Shown in pieces: positions 14,383 through 24,419 of a stretch of DNA of 64,000 bases. Within the stretch, counting starts at the first letter, position 1, and the number at the start of each line of letters is the position of its first letter. Under the pieces are notes generated by a model. It searched no databases. It was not told the origin of the DNA and saw only the letters and a program-made list of their open reading frames with translations. Source of the DNA: an uncultured cyanobacterium (GTDB lineage: Bacteria; Cyanobacteriota; Cyanobacteriia; PCC-6307; Cyanobiaceae); the NCBI GenBank assembly GCA_963765575.1, contig CAVXWZ010000011.1:64001-128000 (forward strand), written 5' to 3'. A program made the translations under genes and the position numbers.

Positions 14383-15970
14383 GACCTCAGGGCAAACTGC
14401 TCGGCCAACACACGCCGCAGGGGTTTGCCCGTGGGTCCGCGGGGGACATCCTCCACGATGACGACCTGCTTGGCCGAGCGAAAACCGAGCAACTCACGAC
14501 AGTGGTCCCGAAGCTGGGCGGCGATCTCCCTTGAGACCTCCGCTTCCGCTTCACCCACGGCCGCCCGGGCCGCTACGGCTGCACGGGCAGAGCCGCTCAG
14601 CATCACAGCGGCCATCGGGATGGCTCCGTAGGGGCTGGCCGGGGCGCCGAAGGCCACGCAGTCGGCCACGTCCGGTCGCTCTCGCAGCACGTCCTCGATC
14701 TCGAATGGAGACACCAGCACGCCACAGAACAGGAACACGTCATTGGAGCGACCCCCAAATCGGATCTGTCCGGTAGAGGATCGGGCCAGCAGATCGCCGG
14801 GGTTGAAGCTGCTGGTGTCCTCAAGCAGCTCGATCCTCCCAACTGCCATCGTTCCGGGGCAACCGCAGCCAGCGGCTCTTCCGAATCACCATTTCGTGAT
14901 AATCAAGCCCCTGCTTGTGCAGCAGCGCTGGACCATGGGGTTGGAAGCTCACACTCTCAAGGGGAAAACCCACCGATTCCACCTCGTCCAGCAGCTGCTC
15001 CGGAGGTAACCAGGTGAGCGGCCCCGTCTGGCTGGTGGCATAGGTGATGCCGAGCCGCAGCTTGCCGAGAGCTCGCCACCGCTCGACGCAGGTCCATGGG
15101 GATGTGGTCCGAGCCGGTAATGCAGAGAAATCCTTCCGGAAAACGACCGAGCTGTCCCTGCTGGAGCAGGCGCCGCAGGGTCAGGGGCGGGCAGGAGAAG
15201 CCGCTGGTGTTCGGGGGCAGCGAGCTGGGATCGAGCCCATGCCCGTCGCGCACCACGATGGGCTGGCCCCGCAGCAGGTAGCGCAGCTTGAACACCCGGG
15301 AGCTGTAGTCCTGCAGGCCCGGGCCCAGCAAGGGCTGCTCCAGGAGGTCGAAGGGCGACCAGTTCAGCCCCTGCTGCAGGGAGGCCATCCTCAGAAAGCT
15401 GATCCGGTGGATGCCCGGTCGACCGGAGGTGGTGCCTGACGTGATCGACAGAAAGGCGGCCGCATCGGCTCCCGCCTCGGCACCATCGTGATCCTTGTCG
15501 AAACCCGCCCCACGCCGATCCGATGGCCCTGGATCACGGATCTCAAGCAGCTGCAGACCCTCGGCGGTGATCCCCAAAGGGCGCACCTCCGCTTCGTCCA
15601 GGGGGCACTCTCCCTCGACGAGCAGGTGGGTGAGCTCCAGCCGCCGGATCAGTTCACGCCGTTCCCGCGCTGGGGCATAGCGGGCCAGCACGGCTTGGCT
15701 CATGCCAGCCCATACCAGCGCCAGCATGGCGATCAGATGCCGGGGGGAATCGCTGGCGTGAACCCCGACCCGGATCGGCCGGGACCTGGAGCAGCCTGAC
15801 AATGGATCCTGGAGCGCCCTGCCTTCCTGACGTAGCCGCTGCAGCAACTCCAGTCCAGTGATTCCAGGCAGATCGCCCCAGTCGATGACAACAATGTCTG
15901 AGGCGGCGACGAGCCGTTGCTCGAGCTCACCACGAAGCGTGTGGATTGCAAGGTCGCACCCGCAGCTCAT
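14379..15970 (-). CDS. Adenylate-forming enzyme 2, split by frameshifts (14957..15970 + 14379..14849)
   Basis: TSGTTSGRPG, ITGSD, NPGDL, GGRSNDVF, VSPFEIE, PRGPTGKPLRR; overlaps GNAT start and HExxH stop. Confidence 0.8.
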
Positions 15971-16995
15971 ACCGCCGGCTGTGGGCTCAGTTCGAGGCGG
16001 TCACAACAGATCTGCATAATCTGATGTCCCAGGGCGGTGAGACGACCATGCCGCTGAATGGCACCCAGGGACGACTGCGTGAGTTCCTGCACAGAGGAGC
16101 GCAGTGTCTGCAGCTCCACGACCAGCTGGTCTCGGTCGGAGCGCCAGGGCATCGGGTGGCGGATAGCGGCGTCGAGAAAGGCCACCAGCCGCGCCGCCAC
16201 ATAAAAGGAATGGAGGATGCCGTTCATCGGCCTTGGATCGCGGCGAATCAGCACGCTGTAGCGCTCCTGGTCGGTGTTGGTGCACATCAGCTCGTTCTGG
16301 GAGAGCACGAACAGTTCGGCATGGGCGTATTCGTGGATCAGGGTCACAACCCAGGCGCAAAATGTACGCTCCATTGCCGCATTGATGATGCTGCCTCCCC
16401 TGAAGAAGAAGGTGGTGGCACTGCCGAACCATTGTCCCGCCTCCCTGGCGGCCGGTCCTGGCTCGGCCAAGATCACCACGGCTTGCAGGGCTTCCATGCC
16501 CCGTGCCAGAGGGGCATCGATTTTGCCAATGAAGTCGCGAGCTTCGCTGATGATGGCTGCCTGGGTGGTGCAACGGGCCGGAGCTGGGCTCTCGAGATCG
16601 AGCAGGAAATCGCCTCCTTCCGAGAAGAGTCCCACCAGCAGATCCCAGTGCTGGAGCGGCCGCGACTCCGCTCCATAGGCCAGGACCGTCAGTGGGGGCA
16701 GGAGATGTCTGATCTCCAGCCGCAGTGCTTCGATGAGGTCCGCAGCTGGGATGGCGTCAGGGTTTTGCAGCAGGATGCGGCCGATCTTCCAGTAGAAGAG
16801 ATACACCCATGGGCTCAGGGTGTTCTGGGCTTGCTGTTCAAAACGATCCTGCAGGGCTGCTGCCAACTGTGCTTCTGCCAGTGCAGGGGAATGGCCCTCA
16901 AAGGCCTGTATTGACCAGAGCAGATCAGATCGTCCGAGTGCCAACAGCTCAACGATCGACGCTACCTCAGGTGAGGTGTCGGATTTGAGAGTCAA
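15967..16995 (-). CDS. HExxH-motif putative peptide-modifying protein (aKG-HExxH type) 2
   Basis: FGSATTFFFRGG, LIHEYAHAELF, YSVLIRRDPRPMNGILHSFYV, LTALG. Confidence 0.85.
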   Translation of the reverse strand: MTLKSDTSPEVASIVELLALGRSDLLWSIQAFEGHSPALAEAQLAAALQDRFEQQAQNTLSPWVYLFYWKIGRILLQNPDAIPAADLIEALRLEIRHLLPPLTVLAYGAESRPLQHWDLLVGLFSEGGDFLLDLESPAPARCTTQAAIISEARDFIGKIDAPLARGMEALQAVVILAEPGPAAREAGQWFGSATTFFFRGGSIINAAMERTFCAWVVTLIHEYAHAELFVLSQNELMCTNTDQERYSVLIRRDPRPMNGILHSFYVAARLVAFLDAAIRHPMPWRSDRDQLVVELQTLRSSVQELTQSSLGAIQRHGRLTALGHQIMQICCDRLELSPQPAV

Positions 16996-17177
16996 GCAGC
17001 ATTTCCACCATTGCCGGATTCGCCTTCACCCACTTTGGCCGAAAGGTGCGACTGGCAGGTGGGAACCGAGGCCGAGTTGCTGTGGTCGGGATCAATGAAT
17101 GGATCAGAGGGCTCTGCGCCTGAATTGGCTAGTGCCAAAGCTGCGAGTCGAAAACCGAAGAGATGACTGAGTTGCAT
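16992..17177 (-). CDS. Putative precursor peptide (61 aa), divergent family member
   Basis: MQLSHLFGFRLAALALANSGAEPSDPFIDPDHSNSASVPTCQSHLSAKVGEGESGNGGNAA; shares LFGF and KVG; stop overlaps HExxH-2 start. Confidence 0.7.
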   Translation of the reverse strand: MQLSHLFGFRLAALALANSGAEPSDPFIDPDHSNSASVPTCQSHLSAKVGEGESGNGGNAA

Positions 17178-17399
17178 GGTTGGCACAACAATAGTGGTGA
17201 AAAGGAGAACAAGCCTGGCAGCATCACCGGTCCGCCTCTCCTTCACTCACTTTGGCCGATAGCTGGGATGGGGATGTGTCGACCGCGACAGCTAGGTGCG
17301 TCACGGTGGCCTCCCCGAGGGTGGCTGGGCTGAGGCTGGGCCCACGGTTGACATCACGTATCAGATTGCGAGAAGGTCCCATGCTGACGAGTAGCCAGT

Positions 17400-17678
17400 T
17401 TGAGCCACGACCCAGCCCCAGACCGCGAGCTCGCCATGATCGGCAGCGCCCTGCGCTCCCTCTCCCTGCCGCCGCAGGATCTTGAGGGGCTTGAGGCTGA
17501 GCTGCGTCGTGACCACGCCAGTCTGCCGATCGAGCACCTGGGGCTGGACAGCCTCGGCCGCATGGAGTTCTGCATCCACCTGGAGCTCGACCACGGGGTG
17601 GTGATCACTCCGGAAACCCTGATCACGCTGAAGACGGTGGCGGCGTTGATCGAGTCGATCCAGGCCCAGTTGGTCTGA
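17400..17678 (+). CDS. Acyl/peptidyl carrier protein
   Basis: LGLDSLGRMEF phosphopantetheine Ser motif, acidic ~80-92 aa, TVAALIE; alternative ATG at 17436. Confidence 0.85.
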   Translation: MSHDPAPDRELAMIGSALRSLSLPPQDLEGLEAELRRDHASLPIEHLGLDSLGRMEFCIHLELDHGVVITPETLITLKTVAALIESIQAQLV

Positions 17679-17682
17679 ATAG

Positions 17683-18718
17683 CTAGCCCGCCAGCTCTTC
17701 GGCCCCCACATCCCAGGCCAGGGGATCCAGGCCCTCTGAAGCCTCGTCTTGGCGAGCCTCGGTTCGCAGCAGGCTGGGCATGGCCTGCTCCAGATTCACC
17801 CCCTGCAGGAGCAGGTCGTGGAACAGGGTGTGGTGGGTGCAGCCCCTGTAGACGCGTCCACTGATCCTGCTCTGGCGCCGGTGCTGCTGCTGGTAGTAGC
17901 TGGCGATCGAGCCAGCGCAGGAGCGATCGGCGGCGTTGTGTTCGGGGTAGGCGAGCACCAGGCGGGTGCGCGGCCATCGCGGCCACCAGCTGCCGATGCC
18001 GCCGTGGGCCCTGGCCACGGCGCCGCCGGGCCGGAAGGTTTGGGGTTCACCACCTGCACCGATGGCCACACCCTGGGCCAGCCCCAGCTGCTGAGCCACC
18101 ACCAAAGCGGCCAGGCCGCCGGCGCTGGTGCCCAGGGTCTGCACCTGGGAGCGGCGCAGGCCACTGCGGCTGAGCCTGCCGAGGTGCTGACGCAGATGAC
18201 GGGTGATGTCTCGCAACACCTCGCCCTGGTGATGGAAATAGCCCTCGAGAGTATGGCGCCTGCACCAGCAGAAGATCGTGCCCGATTGTGCCGAGCGCCG
18301 AGAGGATGTAGGGCGTCGGCGCCATCAGCAGCCCCACATTGCCGGTGAAGCCGATCAGCACAGGCCGGGGCGGGCCATCGGAATCCGGAAGCGGAGCGGC
18401 TTGATAATGAATGATCTCGTGATACTTTCCCGGGTGTACCCGCCGGCTATAGCGGGCTGTGGCCGTCCTGTAGGAGGGCGAAAATCGTTTGGCTTTCTGT
18501 CGCCATCGCTTGAAATCGGAACTGGCGCCTGAATCGCGACGGGCCAGCCGCAACAGCGCTGCCAGCTCGCTGCCAGTGGCGAAGCGATCGATCAGCATCT
18601 GGTGCTGGTTGATGCGATTGGTGTTCAGCGCTTTGAGTCGCTCATACCACTGCGCCGGGGATTCGGCGCGCAGCTCTCGCTCCAGCTCCTCCCAGGGAAG
18701 TTGGGGGGGGCTGGTCAT
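17683..18718 (-). CDS. Alpha/beta-hydrolase-like protein, frameshifted near 18250
   Basis: N-part MTSPPQLPWEE...VLIGFTGNVGLLM; C-part LGTSAGGLAALVVA (GxSxG) and GCTHH; ATG overlaps the upstream stop. Confidence 0.55.
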
Positions 18719-21164
18719 GTCTGCAGGGCGTACTGCTCGCTGAGCAGCCGGCGCAGGGGCTTCCCGGTTGGGCCTGCGGGAATGGCATCGAGCGCCATGA
18801 TCCGGCGGGGACGGCGCTGGCCGAGGCCAGCGCGGGCCAGCTGGTCGAGTTCGGCAAGAACAGCGGGAGCTTGATGGCCGGTCCGCAGGCGCACGGCGGC
18901 CATCGGCACGCCCCCATAGCGCTTGGATTGGGCGCCGAAGGCCACGCATTGCTCCACGGCCTCGTGCTGGCTGAGCACCTCCTCGATCTCGTAGGGAGAG
19001 ATCAGCACGCTGGCGAACAGGAAGATGTCATTGGAGCGCCCCCCGAAGATCACCTGGCCCGATGCCGAGAAGGCCAGCAGGTCGCCCGGGTTGAAGGGGC
19101 TGTAGCCGGGCGCGCACACGATCACCTCACGGAAGCTGAGTCCGTCCCGTTCGTAGCGCACCGGACCGGTGGGCTCGAGCGTGACGCCCCGCAGGGGCCA
19201 GCCCACCGAATCCTTCTCCGCCAGCAGCGCTTCCGGGGGCAACCAGGTGAGCGGCCCGCTCTGGCTGGTGGCGTAGGTGATGCCCAGGCGCACGGTGCCG
19301 ATCGCCGCCACGGCCTGCCGCAGGTCCATCGGCACCCGGTCGCTGCCGCTGATCAGCAGAAACCCTGGCGGGCAGTGGCGCAGGTCGTCCCAGGCCAGAT
19401 GCAGCCGCAGCCCGTTGGGCGGCATCGGCATGCCATCGCAGTGCTCCGGGATGCTGCCGGCGGCGAACGGGGTGTCGCTGGAGCGAATCACCAGACCGCT
19501 TCCCTTGAGCAACACCACAAACTTGAACAGGCGGGCACTCCAGTTCTGGAGCCCCTCGCCCAGCAACGGCGAACGCAGCAGGTGGAAGGGGGAGTGAGCG
19601 TCTCCTGGATGCAGCATGGAGATGGCCTTCGCCTCCACCAGCCCCGGACGGCCTGAGCTGGTGCCCGAGGTGGTGCCGATCAAGAGCACGGGATTGCTGC
19701 CAGGCGCCTCGCCACAGACTTCAGGCGTGCTCTGGCGCTGCCAGCAGCCCAGGCCCGAGGGCAGGGAGCCGAGGCGGATCCAGTCCCCGGCGGTCTGGGG
19801 AGCCGGTGGCCGATGCGGTGGGTGAGGGCGAGGCGGTGTTCGAGCGCCTCCTGCTCGCGGGTGGTGGCGGTGATGGGCAGGATGGTCTGGGGCAGGGCCG
19901 AGAGCATCAGCGCCATCCCCGTGATCAGATTCACGGGGCCGTCTTCGATCTGAATGCCCACCCGGGCGGTGACTCCCCAGGTCTTGAGGGGGATGAGGGT
20001 GTGCAGTTCGCGCCGCTCGTTGGCGACCCGTTCGGCGAGGTTGTTGTAGCTGATGCTGTGTCCCAGCCAGTCGATGGCGGTGGCATCGGGCTCGGCACGG
20101 GTCAGCTCCCGCCAGCGCTCGTTGAGCTGCTCCTGCACGGGTTGCAGTGTCCCAGCCTCAACGGCGCTGGGCAGGGATACGGTGCCCCGGCCGCACCGCT
20201 CCAGCCGTTGGGCGGCAGCGTCCACCACCACCTCGCCGATGGGGGTGAGCCTGGCGTGCTCGCGCACCACTGCCAAAGAGGAGAGGCCCTGGGCCAGCTG
20301 TTGCTCCCGCAGTTGCTGAAAGGCGGCCAGGTCCTCCGGGCCAGTGAGGAGATCCATCGGCGGCTGGCTGAGGATCGTGTCGATCACGCCGATCACCCGC
20401 GAGACCACATGCAGGGAATGGAGGATGCCGTGCATCGGGCGGGGATCGGCGCGGATCAGCACCTGGTGGCGCTCCTCGTCGCGGTTGAGGCAGAGCACCT
20501 GCTCCTGCCCCAGGGCAAACAGCTCGCCGTGGGCATACTCATGCACCAGCACCTCCACGGTGGCAGCGAGGCTGCGCGGCAGCGAGGCGTTGAGCACACT
20601 GGCGCCACGAAAGAAGAAGGCTGTGACTCCGCCGAACGACTCTCCTCGCCGTTGGGAGCGGGGCCCGGGGATCGCCAGCACAAGCAGCCGCTGAAGCCGC
20701 AGCATCAAGCCATGCAGGTCAGGGTCGACCAGGGCAATCAGACGGCGTGCGGTCTGGATTTCCTGCTTCAGGGCGTCCAGGTGCAGCGCTGAGGGGGCAG
20801 AGAGATCCTCGACGAAGTCGCCACCTTCCTGCAGCACTGCCAGCAGGGTGGTCCACATCTGCGGGGACGCCTGATCGGAATCCCCGAACGCCACAACAGT
20901 GGGCCCTTGTGCAGGTGAGCCCCTCTCAGCAACGTGACTGTCGTGAGCCAGCCCATGCTCGGCCAGGGCCAATGCGGTGGTGAAGGCCCGCTGCCGTGCC
21001 TGGGAGCCAACCGGCAGATCGGACAGCACCACTTTGCCGAGCTCGTAGTAACCGAGATAGAGCCAGGGAGAGAGGGAGGTTGGCTGGTCCTCGATCCTTT
21101 GTTGAACTGTCTGCGGCAGTAAACCCCAGCCCAGCGATGGATCATGGGCGCTCAGCAAGGACAC
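18715..21164 (-). CDS. HExxH domain protein 1 continuing into adenylate-forming domain 3 (apparent fusion; frameshift ~19700-19830)
   Basis: LVHEYAHGELF...IRADPRPMHGILHSLHV, then PDATAIDWLGHSISYNNL; after shift TTSGTSSGRPG, YATSQ, NPGDL, GRSND, PAGPTGKPLRR. Confidence 0.8.
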
Positions 21165-21345
21165 AGAGTCGGCTGAACTGCCGGTGGGCTGTATTCACCG
21201 CTCTGTGCACGCTGGAAGCGAGGTGGTTTTCGCCTGCGATCACGGGGAGAAGCTGCTTGGGGCTAGCCGAGTGGTTGAGTTGTGGCAGACAGTTTTACTT
21301 CAGCGTGGAAAAGGTTTGTTCAAGCGGGATCGAAGCTTGGGTTGG

Positions 21346-21498
21346 TTAATTTGGAATCATTTCAACGTTGATTCCCCGATGAGGGATGTCGATCTCATAT
21401 TCTCTACCCTCTCCGCCAATTTTTGGCTGAGTGCTGGAGGGGATGGCGTCGTGAGGCGCGAAGCCAAAAAGCTCGGTGATGAGAGCGGTATTGGTCAT
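21346..21498 (-). CDS. Putative precursor peptide A (50 aa)
   Basis: MTNTALITELFGFAPHDAIPSSTQPKIGGEGREYEIDIPHRGINVEMIPN*. Confidence 0.8.
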   Translation of the reverse strand: MTNTALITELFGFAPHDAIPSSTQPKIGGEGREYEIDIPHRGINVEMIPN

Positions 21499-21661
21499 GG
21501 AACTGTGGAGATGTGAATTCGAAGAGAATCGATTGAAGGCGTCATGATCGAGATATTGACGCTTCTACTTAATCAAACGAGAAACTGTTGCTAGCTGGTC
21601 TTTGCGGGTGGATGAATCCAGCTGGGAGGCCGAAGCGTGGTGGCTTCGTGACCTTTAAGGC

Positions 21662-21823
21662 TCACCAGATTTCAATCGGGGGCCACGGCTTTTCTACGCC
21701 GACGTGCTCAGTGGGAAACAATGGACGTCCAACTTTCGGCTGAGTGCTGGAGGAAATGGTGTGCTGACGGGCGAAACCAAAGAGGCAACCCGCGAGAGAA
21801 ACGTTGTCAGAGAGGATGGCCAT
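21662..21823 (-). CDS. Putative precursor peptide B (53 aa)
   Basis: MAILSDNVSLAGCLFGFARQHTISSSTQPKVGRPLFPTEHVGVEKPWPPIEIW*. Confidence 0.8.
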   Translation of the reverse strand: MAILSDNVSLAGCLFGFARQHTISSSTQPKVGRPLFPTEHVGVEKPWPPIEIW

Positions 21824-22058
21824 TGAACAGCAAATCACAATGTGACGCATTTTTGCTGGGTTGCCAGAGTTTGTCAAGCCCCAGATCCGGGACGCCATTG
21901 ATCTCCCCGTCGCTCCCCGGGTTGACAGGCGATGAAGGCGAGCTGAGGGTAGGGCTAAGGCTTGATTTTGCCCGATGGGGTTCGGTCTGATCCACCTCTG
22001 CCCTCGGCCAGGGGCTCGCCGAACGACTGAATGCTGCCAGCCACGCCAGAGCTGGTCT

Positions 22059-22196
22059 TTAGGCTGGAATGGCTTCGTATCCGGGCGGCATGGGTTGAAC
22101 TGGGATGCCATTACCCATCTTGGGCTGGATACTGGAAGGAATGCTGTATTGACGGGCGAACCCGAAAAGCTTGTTTGCGAGGGCGGGATTGGTCAT
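22059..22196 (-). CDS. Putative precursor peptide C (45 aa)
   Basis: MTNPALANKLFGFARQYSIPSSIQPKMGNGIPVQPMPPGYEAIPA*. Confidence 0.85.
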   Translation of the reverse strand: MTNPALANKLFGFARQYSIPSSIQPKMGNGIPVQPMPPGYEAIPA

Positions 22197-22538
22197 GGGT
22201 TAAATGAAGTGAGAGGGCTGAAGTGAAGGTGGTTTGGCTGAGGTGGCTTCAACACTTAAAGATTTCGCTCTGCCAGGGAGGGGAGGTGCGTATCATAGGC
22301 AATCTAGAGCTGAAGAGATCTCAGCGGCTCAAAAGATCAGAGACGAGTTGCTTGACCCGCCTCCTTTTCAGATTCTAATTTCGCTCTTTCCCCCGAGATT
22401 GTCAAGCAGGAGCTGAGATCGCGAGGGGAGTATTTCAACAGGACTGACGGTTCTCTTCCCATGGCGCAGCGGGGGGGGCCGCCGGACAGCCTTCCAGAAA
22501 CAGTCAGCACAGAAAGGTAAGAATGCTATTCATCAGAC

Positions 22539-22566
22539 AAACCTCTGAGCAATTGCTCAGAGGTTT
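22539..22566. repeat. Perfect 28-bp palindrome
   Basis: aaacctctgagcaattgctcagaggttt. Confidence 0.9.
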
Positions 22567-22621
22567 TTACTGCTACTGATTTTGGGAATCAATTGGCGAC
22601 CTCTAACCCGTGGCACTCACC

Positions 22622-22915
22622 ATGCGCTGCTTTGCTGGGATCGACATGATCACCAACCGGACCCCGGACGGGACTACGATTCTGGCGTTTCAGGGCCCCA
22701 TGGTTGACGATGTGGCAGGGCATCGGAAAGTGGCCAGATATGGGTGACAGCAAGACGGAGTTCAGGATCGCCTTGCGGCCTGGGCACCGCAAGGAACTGC
22801 CTGATACGGCCTAGGACAGGTTGAGCATGCCTTCCCGGTGGTTAATCAGCAGTATTGCTTTGAGAAGACATGGACTCGGGCCATGGAGAAAACCGTTGCA
22901 AGGAGATCCTGCTGA
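22622..22915 (+). mobile_element. Degenerate IS5-family transposase remnant
   Basis: MRCFAGIDMITNRTPDGTTILAF / WQGIGKWPDMGDSKTEFRIALRPGHRKELPDT / EHAFPVVNQQYCFEKT resemble IS5 segments PDETTILxF, AMRPGKR and VEHPFRVIKQQFG. Confidence 0.7.
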
Positions 22916-23247
22916 CTGCACGACCAAGAAATCTGGCCTAAATGCTCAACATTCAGCCAGCGGACGTTGGCTTTGACAAGCTGTTTGGTTGACGGAGTTG
23001 AGCGGACCATGTTGCAGATAACTTCAGCAACTGCGGCTGTGTGGTAACCAAAGTTCTGTACCTGCGGGCCTTGAGATGCTTCCCGCAGGCGATCGGAGGA
23101 ACAGGGACCGGATGGGTTCCGCCAAAGCAGTAGTTGTTGAAAAATGGAGTATTAGACGCTCGCTTTTTTAGAGCGGACTAGTCCGAATTTAAGACTAATG
23201 TACTCAACTTTGCGCTCTTGAAGCTAACTCTAAGTTTCCGGGTAGTT

Positions 23248-23399
23248 TTAGTTTTCTATGATTTCGCCTGGAGGGAGAGGATTCTTTGGGCCGACATGCA
23301 CTGAGCTCTCCAATTTTGGGCTGTGTGCTGGAGGGAATCGTGTGCTGACGGGCGAAGCCGAAAGAGGCCATCGACAAGAAGCGAGCTTGAATAAGGCAT
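23248..23399 (-). CDS. Putative precursor peptide D (two apparent +1 frameshifts)
   Basis: MPYSSSLLVDGL / FGFARQHTIPSSTQPKIGE / SVHVGPKNPLPPGEIIEN*; span is 152 nt = 150+2. Confidence 0.65.
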
Positions 23400-23672
23400 A
23401 GTCACGGCAATGTGGATGGAATTGTAGTCACCATGCATTTGCTGCCCGAATTCGACAAGCCCCCGATCCGGGCCGCCAACGGGCTCTCTGGGGGTGCCTG
23501 ACATGGTGAAAGCTTCTGGCCTAATCACCAACTCCAAAGGCGTCGCAGACCATTTGGGGCGGGTCTCAAGCCTGACTCCCCCCGATGCTGCTCTAGTGTG
23601 ATCCAACTCTGACCTTGGACAGGGGGCTCGGCGAATGACTGAACGCTGCCAGGCCCCCCCCAGAGCTGATGT

Positions 23673-23810
23673 TTACTCTGGATTGGCTTCGTAGGCGGGG
23701 GACCTGGGTCTGAAGTCTGGGCCACCACCGATCTTGGGCTGAGTGCTGGAGGGGGTGGTGTATTGAGGTGCGAAGCCAAAAAGCTTGGGGATGAGAGCGG
23801 TATTGGACAT
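23673..23810 (-). CDS. Putative precursor peptide E (45 aa)
   Basis: MSNTALIPKLFGFAPQYTTPSSTQPKIGGGPDFRPRSPAYEANPE*. Confidence 0.85.
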   Translation of the reverse strand: MSNTALIPKLFGFAPQYTTPSSTQPKIGGGPDFRPRSPAYEANPE

Positions 23811-24028
23811 GGAATTGCAGGAATGTGATTCGAAGGTGACCGAAAAAAGAGGCGTCGTGATCGAGATATTGATACTTTTGCTTGATCAAGCGAGAGTGTC
23901 TTTGTCGCGCTGACCTTCCCGGGGGGATGAATACAGCGTACAGATAAGGAGGGCCCCCTAGTGCCCTATGGAGTGTTGAAAGCAAGCCTCAGAGTAATTT
24001 TAGCGGTACTCTGCTTCCATCGGGGGCT

Positions 24029-24148
24029 TCACTCGCGGCGTGCACGGCGACCCCCAACTTTCGGCTGAATGCTGGAGGGAATGGTGTGCTGACGCGCGAA
24101 ACCAAAGAGGTTGGTCACGAGAGCAGGATTTCCTGAAAGCTTTGCCAC
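24029..24148 (-). CDS. Putative precursor peptide F (39 aa as read; C-terminus uncertain at a G5 run)
   Basis: (GTG)MAKLSGNPALVTNLFGFARQHTIPSSIQPKVGGRRARRE*. Confidence 0.75.
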   Translation of the reverse strand: MAKLSGNPALVTNLFGFARQHTIPSSIQPKVGGRRARRE

Positions 24149-24419
24149 TGGAGGAATTACTATGACTCCTCTCACCTTGGCCTGGTTGCCAGGGTTTGTG
24201 CAACCCCAATATCCGGGACGCCATCGACCTCTCTGGAGATCCCTGCCGACCCTGGCAGTACTCACCATTGCTCCGCGGGGCAGAGAGGCGCTGAAGCCGA
24301 GCTGAGGGCAGGGCTCAGGCTTGATATCGACCGATCGGGTGCGGTGCTGATCAGCCTCTGCCTTCGGCCAGGTGCTGGCCACGCGAGTGAACTGCTGTCA
24401 GCCACGCCAAAGCTGGTCT

